Below are positions 55,192 through 64,000 of a stretch of 64,000 nt of DNA, piece after piece; positions within the stretch are counted from its first letter, which is position 1; each line of letters begins with the position of its first letter. Position numbers and translations under genes: made by a program. Origin of the DNA: a virus (lineage: Duplodnaviria; Heunggongvirae; Uroviricota; Caudoviricetes); the IMG/VR virus record IMGVR_UViG_3300013800_000004, positions 1 through 64,000 of that record. One strand, given 5' to 3'. The notes under the pieces are model-generated. The model made no database searches and had not been told where the DNA came from. It was given only the letters and a program-made list of their open reading frames with translations.

Positions 55192-55659
55192 GTGAATCCC
55201 CTTGACTTCCTGTACTCCTGGCAGTCCCTGTTTCTCGCCGTGGTCATCTCGACCATGACTCAGAGCTTCAAGTGCTTGGTGGAGGGCCTCATTGAGAGGT
55301 ACTCCGGGGGGAGCGGCTCTGCCAAGCGCAAGGCATCCCTCGCCAATACCACCCTCCTCCCACTGTTCCCGCTGCTTCTTGGTGGGCTTATCGGCCGATT
55401 TCTCTCCATCCGTCCCGAGTATCTTGTTCGGTATGTCAATGACAATCACGCCAGCACGGCGGTCTATGCCATGTGGGGCGCGTCCGTCGGGCAGTTCTCC
55501 GACTATCTGTACCAGAGGGCCAAGAGGATCATGGCGTTTGGCCCGGCGGCCTCGGCGCCTACAGAAAACCCTTCCCCCAATCCTGTGCCCGCTGTGGAAG
55601 TTCCCGCTCAAGAGAAGACACCGCACGCTGCGGACTCGACCTCTCCTACCGTAGAGTAA
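55192..55659 (+). CDS. Small membrane protein with two TM segments (holin-like); assignment is speculative
   Basis: GTG start. Hydrophobic stretches LFLAVVISTMTQSF and TTLLPLFPLLLGGLIGRFL. Confidence 0.4.
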   Translation: MNPLDFLYSWQSLFLAVVISTMTQSFKCLVEGLIERYSGGSGSAKRKASLANTTLLPLFPLLLGGLIGRFLSIRPEYLVRYVNDNHASTAVYAMWGASVGQFSDYLYQRAKRIMAFGPAASAPTENPSPNPVPAVEVPAQEKTPHAADSTSPTVE

Positions 55660-55665
55660 CCCCAG

Positions 55666-56454
55666 ATGAGAATTTACGCGGACGTGAATCGACTCCCCGA
55701 CAACCCGGCTGCGGAAGTGGCATCGGTGATCCTTCAGGTGGCCCCGAGCCCTCCCGTGGGGACACGCACGCCCGCCAACGGGAAGTTCGTGGTGGACATC
55801 CCCGACGGGGTGTTCCCGCCATCGGTGAGCACGGCTTCCCGTCTCATCAACCCCATTGGCGACATCGTGGGGAGCATCTACCAGGGGCTGCTGCGGGCGT
55901 TTCCGGGTTACTCGAACGTGATCTACAACCAACTCCTCACGTCCGCAGACATCGACCTTCTGGACTCCTCTGCCACTTTCCCGCACGACCCAGGGCCGCC
56001 GGTACGCACCTGGGCGTCTCGGTTTCAGACGGGCACACCGTTGGGTCCGACCAAGGGTGTGGCTCCGGGGTCTGTGGCTGTCCTGGCTGAGAACCCCTAC
56101 ACCACACCACCGCGCCCAGGCGTGCTCATCACCAAGAACATTGACATCTCAGCCCTCACGGGGGGGCTTGGGGCCAAGAGTTTCGTGGTGTACTGGAAGG
56201 TGTACGAGATGGATGTCACGCACGACGTGATGGACCACAGCACCGGGGCGAACACCCCCACCATCAAGAACTTGGTGGAGGTGGACCAGGACGTGGTGGA
56301 CGTATTCATCTCTGTGAACAACGGCGGGGGGTATACCCCCGTAACCCGTCTATCCCCCACCGTAACGTGTGACCCTGGCACGGATGTTCGACTGGCGTTC
56401 GTGAATCACAACAGCCACAAGGTCTACCTCACCGCTTATGCAGTGATGTTCTGA
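55666..56454 (+). CDS. Hypothetical structural protein (262 aa)
   Basis: ATG ORF between two giant structural genes. Confidence 0.5.
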   Translation: MRIYADVNRLPDNPAAEVASVILQVAPSPPVGTRTPANGKFVVDIPDGVFPPSVSTASRLINPIGDIVGSIYQGLLRAFPGYSNVIYNQLLTSADIDLLDSSATFPHDPGPPVRTWASRFQTGTPLGPTKGVAPGSVAVLAENPYTTPPRPGVLITKNIDISALTGGLGAKSFVVYWKVYEMDVTHDVMDHSTGANTPTIKNLVEVDQDVVDVFISVNNGGGYTPVTRLSPTVTCDPGTDVRLAFVNHNSHKVYLTAYAVMF

Positions 56455-56466
56455 AAGGTCCGCCCC

Positions 56467-59400
56467 ATGCCTGAGTATTTCGGTCCTGGTGTCTCCCGAG
56501 CGTTGTCCGCCCTCGCACAGCAGTTCACCACTGTTGTCTGGCAGGCGGACCGCCCACCGCTGGACAGTGAGCTCAACCTCATGTCTCAAGTGGACACGGA
56601 GAGCCTCGCCCAGATGGTGCGCTCGCAGGTTCACTCGGGGTTCTTCCTCGACCCCACCCGTTGCGACGCGGATTTCCAGACCAACCCGCTGAATGTCAAT
56701 CAGTTCATCCTGGCTCCCCCCGCCGTGGTGGAGTGGGTCACGGAGGTGTCTCCCACCCTTTATGCCGCGGTGAACGGTTGGGTTCTCCCCATCGCGGGGG
56801 CTTTCATGTCCGAGGGTGGAGGTGGAGACGACCCGGCCAACCGGGTACGACTGTTCCCGCCTCCGACGACGGACTCCCGGACGGACTTCGTGTTCCTGGA
56901 GGTGTGGCAGGCCCTGGTGTCTGCCAACCCCTCCGCGGTGAACAAGCCCAGTGCGAGCGAGGTCTACAAGTACGGGAACACTCAGTACGGGGGCACAAAC
57001 CTCACGGACGAGATCGAAGACCCCGCCGTGGGGTTTGAGACTACCAAGAGGGTCCAGCTTCAGTACCGGTTCCGGGTGGTGGGCAGTGGTGACGGCGGTG
57101 GCGTCTCCGTGGACCTCGTCAACTACCCCGACGGCCTCACCGACCCGAACGTCCTGGGTCAGGGCACTTCGGCGGCACCTGTGGGTGGCTTGACGTTCTC
57201 CAACATGCGGAGCGAGCTCAACGACCCGTCCCTGTGGCGCGCGGGCGACGGCAACCCTGCCAACGCCCTTGGGACGGTGGATGGGTTCGTGTACGCCATC
57301 CCGGTATGTGCGGTGTTCCGCCGCAACACCGCCGCCTTCACGGCACTCGCTGCGGGCGGCAACCCCAACCAGAACGGCGGGACGGAGAGGACTCCCAGCA
57401 CTCATGGTCTGGCGGACCCCCAGACGGGCGCGCGGCTGCTCGCACAGGCGAGCTTGTCTGCCGACCTGAATGAGACGCTCACCGGGTACGTGAAGCTCAA
57501 CAACTACTCGACCTCTGGGTTGGACGACCCCAACCTGTTCCCGGTGGGTGTCCTTCGCCGGTACTTGGTGATTGGCGAGGGGCTTGACCAGGAGATTATC
57601 TCCATCAACCCGAACACCGATCCGGGCGGTCTGGGCCTTGACTCTGTGTTTATCGAGGCGGGTGTGGGCCGCGGGCGTGGTGGGACCATGGCCAAGTTCC
57701 ACGTTCGCGCCACCCCCGTCTCGCTGTACAGCGTGCGGGCCGACGGCCTCTACGCCGACCAAGTAGCCCCGACGGACATTCTGGACATGCGCCGGTCCAT
57801 CAACTTCGGGGACTGGGACTACAACCGGCTTCTCCAGAAGGGTGTCGCAGCCCTCGTCCAGAACAACCTCCGCACGGCCTTCAAGCAGGCGGGCACTGGC
57901 GGGGACACTGTGGGGGTGACCACCACGGAGGTGTCGTTCTTCCAGCAACCCACCTCAGGTATCCACCTCAACCATGTGGCTGAGGTGGACGGGACCGATG
58001 GAATCCGCACGGTGTGGAGCGACAGCGCCGCCGTGCAGAGTGACGTCACCGTCGTCCTGGACAACGAAGCCGCCTTGGACGCCAACAACTACACGGCTAC
58101 GACGTTCGATGCGGCCATCGGTTCATCCTGGACGATGGGTGCAGGGTTCACGCCCAACGGGTTCTTGAACTTCACTGGCACCCAGGGGTGGTGCAACGGC
58201 TCCGTCGTGTTCGTGAACATCGGCGGCAAAACTGGCACCGAGGGGGCTCGCAGGGGAATCCTGAACGGGCAGCGTGCGGTTCGCTTCATCGCCCCCTACG
58301 AGGCATGGAAGCCCGGTGACAGCGATCTTGAGTCGCATCACCCCTGGCAGCTTCGGTTTATCGGCGGCAAGAGTGGGAACTCCGACTCGGGTTCAACGCC
58401 TGAGTCGAACGGTTACCGTGCCGGGTTCATGACCACCCCCAACGGGATGGTGGGCAGTCCCCTCGCCCCGGACCCTGAGCACCCTGGGCCGATGTTCCCG
58501 GTGGCAAGCACCAACTTCGAGCGGCCCTTCATCGTGCTGGGTGGAGTTCTCAACCCGGTGCTTCGCTACACCGGGGTGCCCGCCACTCCTGCCAATCTCG
58601 CCCCGGATTCGCTTACGAGGGCCGAGGTGAACATCGCGGGAATCGACTGGGATACCCTGGTGGAGAGCACACTCCCCCTTGGCCGGGATGGAAAGACCCT
58701 GCGTGACTACCTGACCAATGATGGCCAGGACTTCACGGGAATGTCGTCCAAGCTGTACTTGGTGATCTACGGTGACGCCGCCAGCCGAGATAACAACGGG
58801 GCATTCCAGGTCATCGGTGCAGGCACCGCCATGCGGAAGTCGCTGCTTGGTGGCCCGTTCACGCAGAACGTGTCGCTGGTCGCCACGCACTTGGTGGTGC
58901 GGCCACTGTCCAAGGACTACGACGGATTCACGAACACGGGCAACAACGTCACCATTGAGTTCCGTTCCCAGGAAATCAACGCTGAGGATGACAACGGGAG
59001 TGACAACGCCCCCCACGGCCTCGCCGTGGTGTTCACCGACCTTGCGGGGTCAGCTGATCTCCCCTGGGGGCAAGTATCACTCCCGCTGGAGACTTCGGGC
59101 TCGCCCGCGCGGCTCATCCCAGTGGCATCCAAGGCCACCCTGACTATGGACCTGCTGTGGTCCCCGAGCCATGGGGCCAGCCATCGGGTTCCTGATCAGG
59201 TGTTCCGTTTCGGGGTTGAGAACCCCCCGGCGGTGCTCTGCCGCTCTCCGGTGTCTGTCATCGACCCGGTGTTTGTCACGGACACTGCGTACCCCGACGG
59301 GGACGTGGTGTACCCCGCAACCCAGGTCCAACTCTGGAACCGGCTCCCCTCCAATGGACTTGGAGCCCCGTATGCGGACGCATACGGGGGTGTCGTGGTG

Positions 59401-61893
59401 GGCAACACAGAGCAGGACCGAGAGACTGAACTGTTCCTGGACCCTGGTTCCAAGACGGTGGTGTTCCGACCGTTTACCCTGAAGTCGGCCATTCTCAAGC
59501 AGTTCGACGAGACGGCACCCAACCCTGGCCCCACTCTTGTGGGATCATCCGTCTACCCGGTGTTTGTCCCCTTCCCCAAGGACGGGAACAACTTGTTCAC
59601 TGCGGGGCTCACGGGCGGTTACGCGGTGCCCCCGGAGTTCATGCCTCGCTTCGGGCGTCAGGACATCCCGTACCACATCTCCACGGGAGTCTCAGACCCG
59701 CTGTACCCGGGCATCAACCACCTCTTCGCGGACGGGTCCGACGCGACCGGGTCGGTGTTCTACATTGTGGGTGGGGTGGACAACGCGGGACCGGGCAACT
59801 CGGTCAAGTCCATTCTGTTCGACACGACCATCACCTACGGCATGAACGGGTCGGTGACCACCCCCTCGAACGTGGCCTATGGTGCCCGCAAGATGAGCGA
59901 TGACGCGGTGGTGTCGTCCGACCTCGGGGTAGGACTCCGTGGCGTCGAGCTTCCCCCGTATCTCGGGATCGCGCGGCTGTACGGCGTGTACGAGCGCGCG
60001 GACTTCGTCGCCCACACGGATGCGTCCAACGTCGGTGCGTTCCAGAACACCAACCGCACCCAGTCCATTGTGGGGGTGGGGGGCCGTCCGCCGGTCAACC
60101 TCCTTCGCACGGACGCGACCAAGCAGACTCTGTTCATCCGCCAAGGTGGGGCCAACGACTACACGAATCAGAGCGATTCTCACACCTACGTGGTCCCAAG
60201 CGATGCCATCGACATCACCCGGATTCCGGGGTACGGGTGGGGGCAGGAGTTCCAGGACTTCGACTACGTGGTGGAGTGTGTGGTCTTCGGGTTCTCCGAG
60301 GGGTTCATCAACAAGAACAACTACGTGCTCGCTCGGCGGCACAGCGGCAAAGCGACGCTGGTGTCAGATAGCTCGTCCCTGGAGCTCACCGATGTGAGCA
60401 TGATCCTTCCGGCACCGGCACCCACCTCGGTGAGCCCCTACGAGGTGTACAACCGCACGGTGTACCAGGGCGACCCGTACATGACCCGCGGGGGGGCATC
60501 GGCACAGCCTGCGGATTACGCTGCCCGATACGGGCAGATCCCTCAGGTGAACGCAGCCCAACTGAGCACCTCCATCAACCAGACGGGGGTGGCCACCCCG
60601 AACCCCCGCGCCCTTGAGGTGCTGGCAACGATGGACTTCTACACGACTCTTGGGACGGGCAAGATGGGGGGCCCCATGGCTCCAGACACCTTGCTTGACT
60701 GTGGGTTCACGGCTCCAAACGCCACGGGGTCTCGCATCCCGTCGTCGATCTTCGACCTCCCGTGGCGCATTGTGCCCCGTGCGTTCACGGCTGGGCAGAA
60801 CGATGACGTCCCGCACGCTTCGGCGTCCATCCAGATCCTGAGCTACGCCACGGCGTACGCCAACTCCATGACCGTGACGATCCGTGGTGTGGTGCTCACC
60901 CCGGACGGTGGGGCAGTGACCAACGCCGACTACGCAACCATCGTCGCCGCGGAAATCAACGACCCAAACAAGTTCCTCACCCCATACGTCTACGCAACGG
61001 CCAATGGCAACGTGGTCACTCTGGTGGCTCGCGAGCCCGGCGCCGCTGGGAACAACCTCACGGTGTCCCTTGCGTTCACGACCACGTTCACTGGAAACAT
61101 GGCCACCACCGCAAATGTGCGGAGCGGAAACTCCCTCCCCCGCACCATGGTGAACTTCTCGGGTGGGGTGGACGTGCCGGTCAACGGCGGGAACGGTGAC
61201 TCCACCGTGTCCCTCACGGGCATGTCTGAGCGGCTGCCCTTGGGCATCCTGGTGTCGGACTCGGATCTCATCGCGGAGAACATCCTTGGGGACGGGGCCA
61301 CCTCCCTCCGGTCATACCAAGGTGGCCTCCGGTCGGTCTACCAGGACGTCCCCCTTACCAGCAACGGGTTCGAGTACAGCCGGTTCCTGGGGGAGCCCGG
61401 CACCGAGCTCTTGATGACCGACGGGTCAATCCTTCAGTACGTCCCGTACAACCCGCCCACTACTCCAGGCGGCACCAGGGCGTTCCGCCTCTACCGTGGT
61501 GGTGGCGCGACGTTTGTTCTGTCGGGGACCGCGCCCGGCGGCCCTGTCACCTGGGCGGGGGACTCGTTCTCGGCGTCCGTCCAGCCGGTGCTCAAGGGTG
61601 CCGTGCTGGCATGCAAGGCCATCCTGGTTCGGAACTACCACGAGAAGGCTTTCGGCACTGTGCGCTCGCAGGGTGACGAGATTCAGATGGTGGTACTCAC
61701 CCAGGCCCTTTATGGGACGACCACGACCACGGCGGACGGGCTCACCCTCAGGGGGCTCATCTCCCCCACGGGCTACGGAGAGGGCTACGCGGCGGCAGAC
61801 CGCTACCGCATCCCGGGTCTCCCGATGGACCGGGGCCGCACCCGCACCACGCGGGATCCTGCAACCCCCCCCGCCCCGTACTACACGCCGTGA
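56467..61893 (+). CDS. Giant structural protein (1808 aa), probably tail fiber or baseplate
   Basis: ATG ORF with β-rich composition, followed by a complex hairpin. Confidence 0.65.
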   Translation: MPEYFGPGVSRALSALAQQFTTVVWQADRPPLDSELNLMSQVDTESLAQMVRSQVHSGFFLDPTRCDADFQTNPLNVNQFILAPPAVVEWVTEVSPTLYAAVNGWVLPIAGAFMSEGGGGDDPANRVRLFPPPTTDSRTDFVFLEVWQALVSANPSAVNKPSASEVYKYGNTQYGGTNLTDEIEDPAVGFETTKRVQLQYRFRVVGSGDGGGVSVDLVNYPDGLTDPNVLGQGTSAAPVGGLTFSNMRSELNDPSLWRAGDGNPANALGTVDGFVYAIPVCAVFRRNTAAFTALAAGGNPNQNGGTERTPSTHGLADPQTGARLLAQASLSADLNETLTGYVKLNNYSTSGLDDPNLFPVGVLRRYLVIGEGLDQEIISINPNTDPGGLGLDSVFIEAGVGRGRGGTMAKFHVRATPVSLYSVRADGLYADQVAPTDILDMRRSINFGDWDYNRLLQKGVAALVQNNLRTAFKQAGTGGDTVGVTTTEVSFFQQPTSGIHLNHVAEVDGTDGIRTVWSDSAAVQSDVTVVLDNEAALDANNYTATTFDAAIGSSWTMGAGFTPNGFLNFTGTQGWCNGSVVFVNIGGKTGTEGARRGILNGQRAVRFIAPYEAWKPGDSDLESHHPWQLRFIGGKSGNSDSGSTPESNGYRAGFMTTPNGMVGSPLAPDPEHPGPMFPVASTNFERPFIVLGGVLNPVLRYTGVPATPANLAPDSLTRAEVNIAGIDWDTLVESTLPLGRDGKTLRDYLTNDGQDFTGMSSKLYLVIYGDAASRDNNGAFQVIGAGTAMRKSLLGGPFTQNVSLVATHLVVRPLSKDYDGFTNTGNNVTIEFRSQEINAEDDNGSDNAPHGLAVVFTDLAGSADLPWGQVSLPLETSGSPARLIPVASKATLTMDLLWSPSHGASHRVPDQVFRFGVENPPAVLCRSPVSVIDPVFVTDTAYPDGDVVYPATQVQLWNRLPSNGLGAPYADAYGGVVVGNTEQDRETELFLDPGSKTVVFRPFTLKSAILKQFDETAPNPGPTLVGSSVYPVFVPFPKDGNNLFTAGLTGGYAVPPEFMPRFGRQDIPYHISTGVSDPLYPGINHLFADGSDATGSVFYIVGGVDNAGPGNSVKSILFDTTITYGMNGSVTTPSNVAYGARKMSDDAVVSSDLGVGLRGVELPPYLGIARLYGVYERADFVAHTDASNVGAFQNTNRTQSIVGVGGRPPVNLLRTDATKQTLFIRQGGANDYTNQSDSHTYVVPSDAIDITRIPGYGWGQEFQDFDYVVECVVFGFSEGFINKNNYVLARRHSGKATLVSDSSSLELTDVSMILPAPAPTSVSPYEVYNRTVYQGDPYMTRGGASAQPADYAARYGQIPQVNAAQLSTSINQTGVATPNPRALEVLATMDFYTTLGTGKMGGPMAPDTLLDCGFTAPNATGSRIPSSIFDLPWRIVPRAFTAGQNDDVPHASASIQILSYATAYANSMTVTIRGVVLTPDGGAVTNADYATIVAAEINDPNKFLTPYVYATANGNVVTLVAREPGAAGNNLTVSLAFTTTFTGNMATTANVRSGNSLPRTMVNFSGGVDVPVNGGNGDSTVSLTGMSERLPLGILVSDSDLIAENILGDGATSLRSYQGGLRSVYQDVPLTSNGFEYSRFLGEPGTELLMTDGSILQYVPYNPPTTPGGTRAFRLYRGGGATFVLSGTAPGGPVTWAGDSFSASVQPVLKGAVLACKAILVRNYHEKAFGTVRSQGDEIQMVVLTQALYGTTTTTADGLTLRGLISPTGYGEGYAAADRYRIPGLPMDRGRTRTTRDPATPPAPYYTP

Positions 61894-61904
61894 ACCACAG
61901 GGAC

Positions 61905-61967
61905 GACCCAGAGGGCGAGCGCCGGGCTGACCAGGACAAGGCAGTCCTGGGGCTCGCCCTCTGGGTC
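61905..61967 (+). terminator. Complex hairpin after the 1808-aa gene
   Basis: GACCCAGAGGGCGAGC…GCTCGCCCTCTGGGTC 16-bp stem enclosing a nested CCAGGA…TCCTGG stem. Confidence 0.4.
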
Positions 61968-62013
61968 GCAGTTCTGATTGCCTACTGGTTCGGGTGGCTC
62001 TAGCGGTGACATC

Positions 62014-62030
62014 CGGGCGTAACGTCGGAC
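62014..62030 (+). promoter_or_regulatory. Class-1 variant CGGGCGTAACGTCGGAC abutting the ATG of the SNF2 helicase gene
   Basis: GGGCGTAA plus 8 nt plus ATG. Confidence 0.35.
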
Positions 62031-64000
62031 ATGTCAGAATCCGACGACGAGATTGTCGCATCTCTCAGTGAGGGCCCCGCCGACATCAGCCCCACACACG
62101 CGAAACTCCTGAAGATCCGGGAGCGCAAGGATCTCGAAGCCCGCCCCTCTTCGTACATGAGGGAGTCCTTTACGGGGTTCGATGGAGTTGAACGCCCGCT
62201 CAAGCTCAGGTACTACCAAGTTCAGGGAGTGATGCACCTCCTGGCATGTACCCGTTTCCTTCTTGGGGACGACACGGGCTTGGGGAAGTGTGTCAAATTT
62301 GACACACTGGTCCAGACAGGCCGGGGACTGTTCCAACTTGGTGAGCTCGGGCCGTGGCAGACCATGGCCCCGGACACGTTCGCCCCCATGACTACGTCCA
62401 CGGAGGTGTGGACCGGGTGGGAATGGGCCACCGTCAAACGATTCTACTTCGGGGGGGTGAAGCCGACGCGAACGATCACCACGAGACGGGGGTACGAGAT
62501 CACTGGGACGTATGTCCATCCCCTGTGGTCGCGTCGGGTGGATGGGACTGAGGGATTTGTTCAGACGAGTGGCCTCAGGTTGGGAGATTTTCTGTCGTTG
62601 GACAGAAGCCCCTCACTCTTCCCCGAAGAGGAACCGACGCTCCCAGTCTTGGAGCAATGTGACACCCATCAGAACACCATCCACTACACGCTGCCCGCCA
62701 CGCTCTCTCCAAACCTCTCGGCATTCTTGGCCTACGTGGTGGCCGAGGGTAACAGGGCTCGGGGTGCTGTAAGCATCACTCAGGACAAGAACCTCAACCC
62801 CGAGACTCACGATCACATCCGGCAATTGGCCGAAACCCTGTTCGGGTGGGATGGGAACCACAGTTGTGCCAACCGTGATACGCGGATCATCATCTCCAGT
62901 GTGCTCATCAAGTCCTACCTGGAGGGTCTAGGGGTGGCCCCTGTGCTGTCGGCACAGAAGTCCGTGCCTTGGCCCATTTTCCGTGGCACCAGAGAGTCTG
63001 TGGCTGCGTTCCTCCGGGCCTTCTTCGACAGTGAGGGTTCGGTCGGTCAGGGCGTCGTGGAGGTGTCCAGCGCGTCTGAGCAACTGCTTCGGGAGGTGCA
63101 GGTTCTCCTGCTCAGGTTCGGGGTCGTTTGCACCCGCAGCCCGAAGAAGGTCAAGGGCTACGACCAGACCTACTGGCGTCTGGCCCTGTGTGGGGACGAC
63201 CTCAGGGCGTTCAAGGAACACATTGGGTTCCTGACCCCACGTAAGCAGCAAGCCCTGGACGATGCTGCATCCAAGGAGTCCAACACCAACCTGGACGTGG
63301 TACCTCACGCACGGGAGGTGGTGGAGGCTCTTCGGGCGGACATCCTGAAGGCCGTGTCTTTGCGTGGCCCCAACGGGGAACGTAAGGGGTCAGGGCTCAA
63401 GCGATTTGGGGTGTCCTTCGAGAAGACCCTGAACAACATTCGCAACGCAGGCAGGAACCCCACCTACAACTTCCTCGTGAAGTTGGGTGCCATTGCCGAG
63501 TTCGTAGGGGCGGACAAGGGCCCGGCCTACCGGGCTGTGTGTGACCTCGTCCACAACCACTTCTTCTACGACCCCATCGTGTCTATCACGGAGGGGGAAG
63601 AGCCTGTCATGGACATCGAGGTGGACCATCCCCGTCACAGTTTCGTGGCGGGCGGGTTCGTGAACCACAACACGCTCATGACCATTTCGGCGTTGACGTA
63701 CCTCTGGGAGCGCAACCCGGACCAGAAGGTCATTATCCTCACGTCCAAATCCGCAGTGGAGCAGTGGGCAGGGGAGTTCCGCAAGTTCACCAAGGGGATC
63801 ACCACGTTCGTGGCTCGGGGGTCTCCCGCACAGCGCCGGAAGGTCCGCGAGAAGTTCCTCGCCGCCACGGGCCCCTCGGTGTTGGTGATGGGGTACCGGA
63901 CGGCGGTCCAGGACTTTAGCGAGATCCAGGGCGAAGAGGGGTACGTGCTGGTGACCGATGAGGCGGCAGCCTACAAGAACCACCAGACGCAGGTCCACCA
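62031..64000 (+). CDS. SNF2-family helicase/ATPase, 3'-truncated at the window edge, interrupted by an intein in the P-loop. Absent from the ORF track.
   Basis: I translated the frame manually with no stops from 62031 to 64000. N-extein …LRYYQVQGVMHLLACTRFLLGDDTGLGK | intein | TLMTISALTYLWERNPDQKVIILTSKSAVEQWAGEFRKF… reconstitutes SNF2 motif I (GLGKT). ATG preceded by GGGCGTAACGTCGGAC. Confidence 0.6.
   Translation, partial: MSESDDEIVASLSEGPADISPTHAKLLKIRERKDLEARPSSYMRESFTGFDGVERPLKLRYYQVQGVMHLLACTRFLLGDDTGLGKCVKFDTLVQTGRGLFQLGELGPWQTMAPDTFAPMTTSTEVWTGWEWATVKRFYFGGVKPTRTITTRRGYEITGTYVHPLWSRRVDGTEGFVQTSGLRLGDFLSLDRSPSLFPEEEPTLPVLEQCDTHQNTIHYTLPATLSPNLSAFLAYVVAEGNRARGAVSITQDKNLNPETHDHIRQLAETLFGWDGNHSCANRDTRIIISSVLIKSYLEGLGVAPVLSAQKSVPWPIFRGTRESVAAFLRAFFDSEGSVGQGVVEVSSASEQLLREVQVLLLRFGVVCTRSPKKVKGYDQTYWRLALCGDDLRAFKEHIGFLTPRKQQALDDAASKESNTNLDVVPHAREVVEALRADILKAVSLRGPNGERKGSGLKRFGVSFEKTLNNIRNAGRNPTYNFLVKLGAIAEFVGADKGPAYRAVCDLVHNHFFYDPIVSITEGEEPVMDIEVDHPRHSFVAGGFVNHNTLMTISALTYLWERNPDQKVIILTSKSAVEQWAGEFRKFTKGITTFVARGSPAQRRKVREKFLAATGPSVLVMGYRTAVQDFSEIQGEEGYVLVTDEAAAYKNHQTQVH
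62289..63671 (+). mobile_element. Intein (461 aa) with a LAGLIDADG (dodecapeptide) homing-endonuclease domain, inserted between K and T of the helicase Walker A motif
   Basis: Starts CVKFDTLV (block A). TGTYVHPLW (block B). Two LAGLIDADG-like motifs, FLAYVVAEGN and FLRAFFDSEGS. Ends …GGFVNHN followed by Thr (+1). Confidence 0.6.

Noticed and set aside
1-64000. CRISPR arrays, integrase/attachment sites, reverse transcriptase or DGR elements
   Set aside because: No spaced direct-repeat arrays, no tyrosine/serine recombinase motifs and no RT motifs were seen in any frame of this window.

Overview
This 64-kb window has about 64-65% GC and looks like part of a large tailed phage or prophage from a high-GC bacterium. 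It is gene-dense with short intergenic gaps and GGAGG-type ribosome-binding sites or leaderless starts. It carries a tRNA cluster, a tape-measure gene, a GIY-YIG homing endonuclease (HEG) and an intein.

Layout: 1-9.9 kb is a mosaic of small genes on both strands, including a duplicated divergent gene pair. 10.2-10.5 kb holds three tRNAs, followed by a roughly 500-nt lower-GC non-coding stretch. 11.9-18 kb holds two tandem ImmA/IrrE-like HEXXH metallopeptidases and two von Willebrand factor A (vWA) proteins. 18-26.7 kb holds small genes including an actin-fold ATPase and an SPFH/band-7 lipoprotein. 26.8-61.9 kb is a contractile-tail-like structural module: a giant sheath-like protein, a putative tube, two chaperone-like paralogs, a 1149-aa tape measure, minor tail proteins, a 1731-aa tail protein with a glucosaminidase domain, and two further giant proteins. 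This module is interrupted by free-standing nucleases: two paralogous zinc-finger-array plus PD-(D/E)xK (Vsr/DUF559-like) nucleases, two GIY-YIG HEGs (one with an upstream ribbon-helix-helix (RHH) gene and palindromic operators), and an HNH cassette. From 62.0 kb to the window end there is an SNF2-type helicase gene carrying a LAGLIDADG intein in its P-loop; it is absent from the ORF track.

Most noteworthy: the natural zinc-finger-nuclease-like HEGs; a recurrent promoter-like motif GGGCGTAA-N7-ATG; a 30-aa N-terminal leader shared by two unrelated proteins; and a G8 homopolymer frameshift. All product calls are motif-based inferences made without database searches.

In a few places the positions I counted differed by +/-1 nt from the ORF track. 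Features that match a tracked ORF use its coordinates; the shortened starts and the untracked features (RHH gene, SNF2 helicase, intein, tRNAs, motifs, hairpins) are my own derivations and may be off by 1-2 nt.
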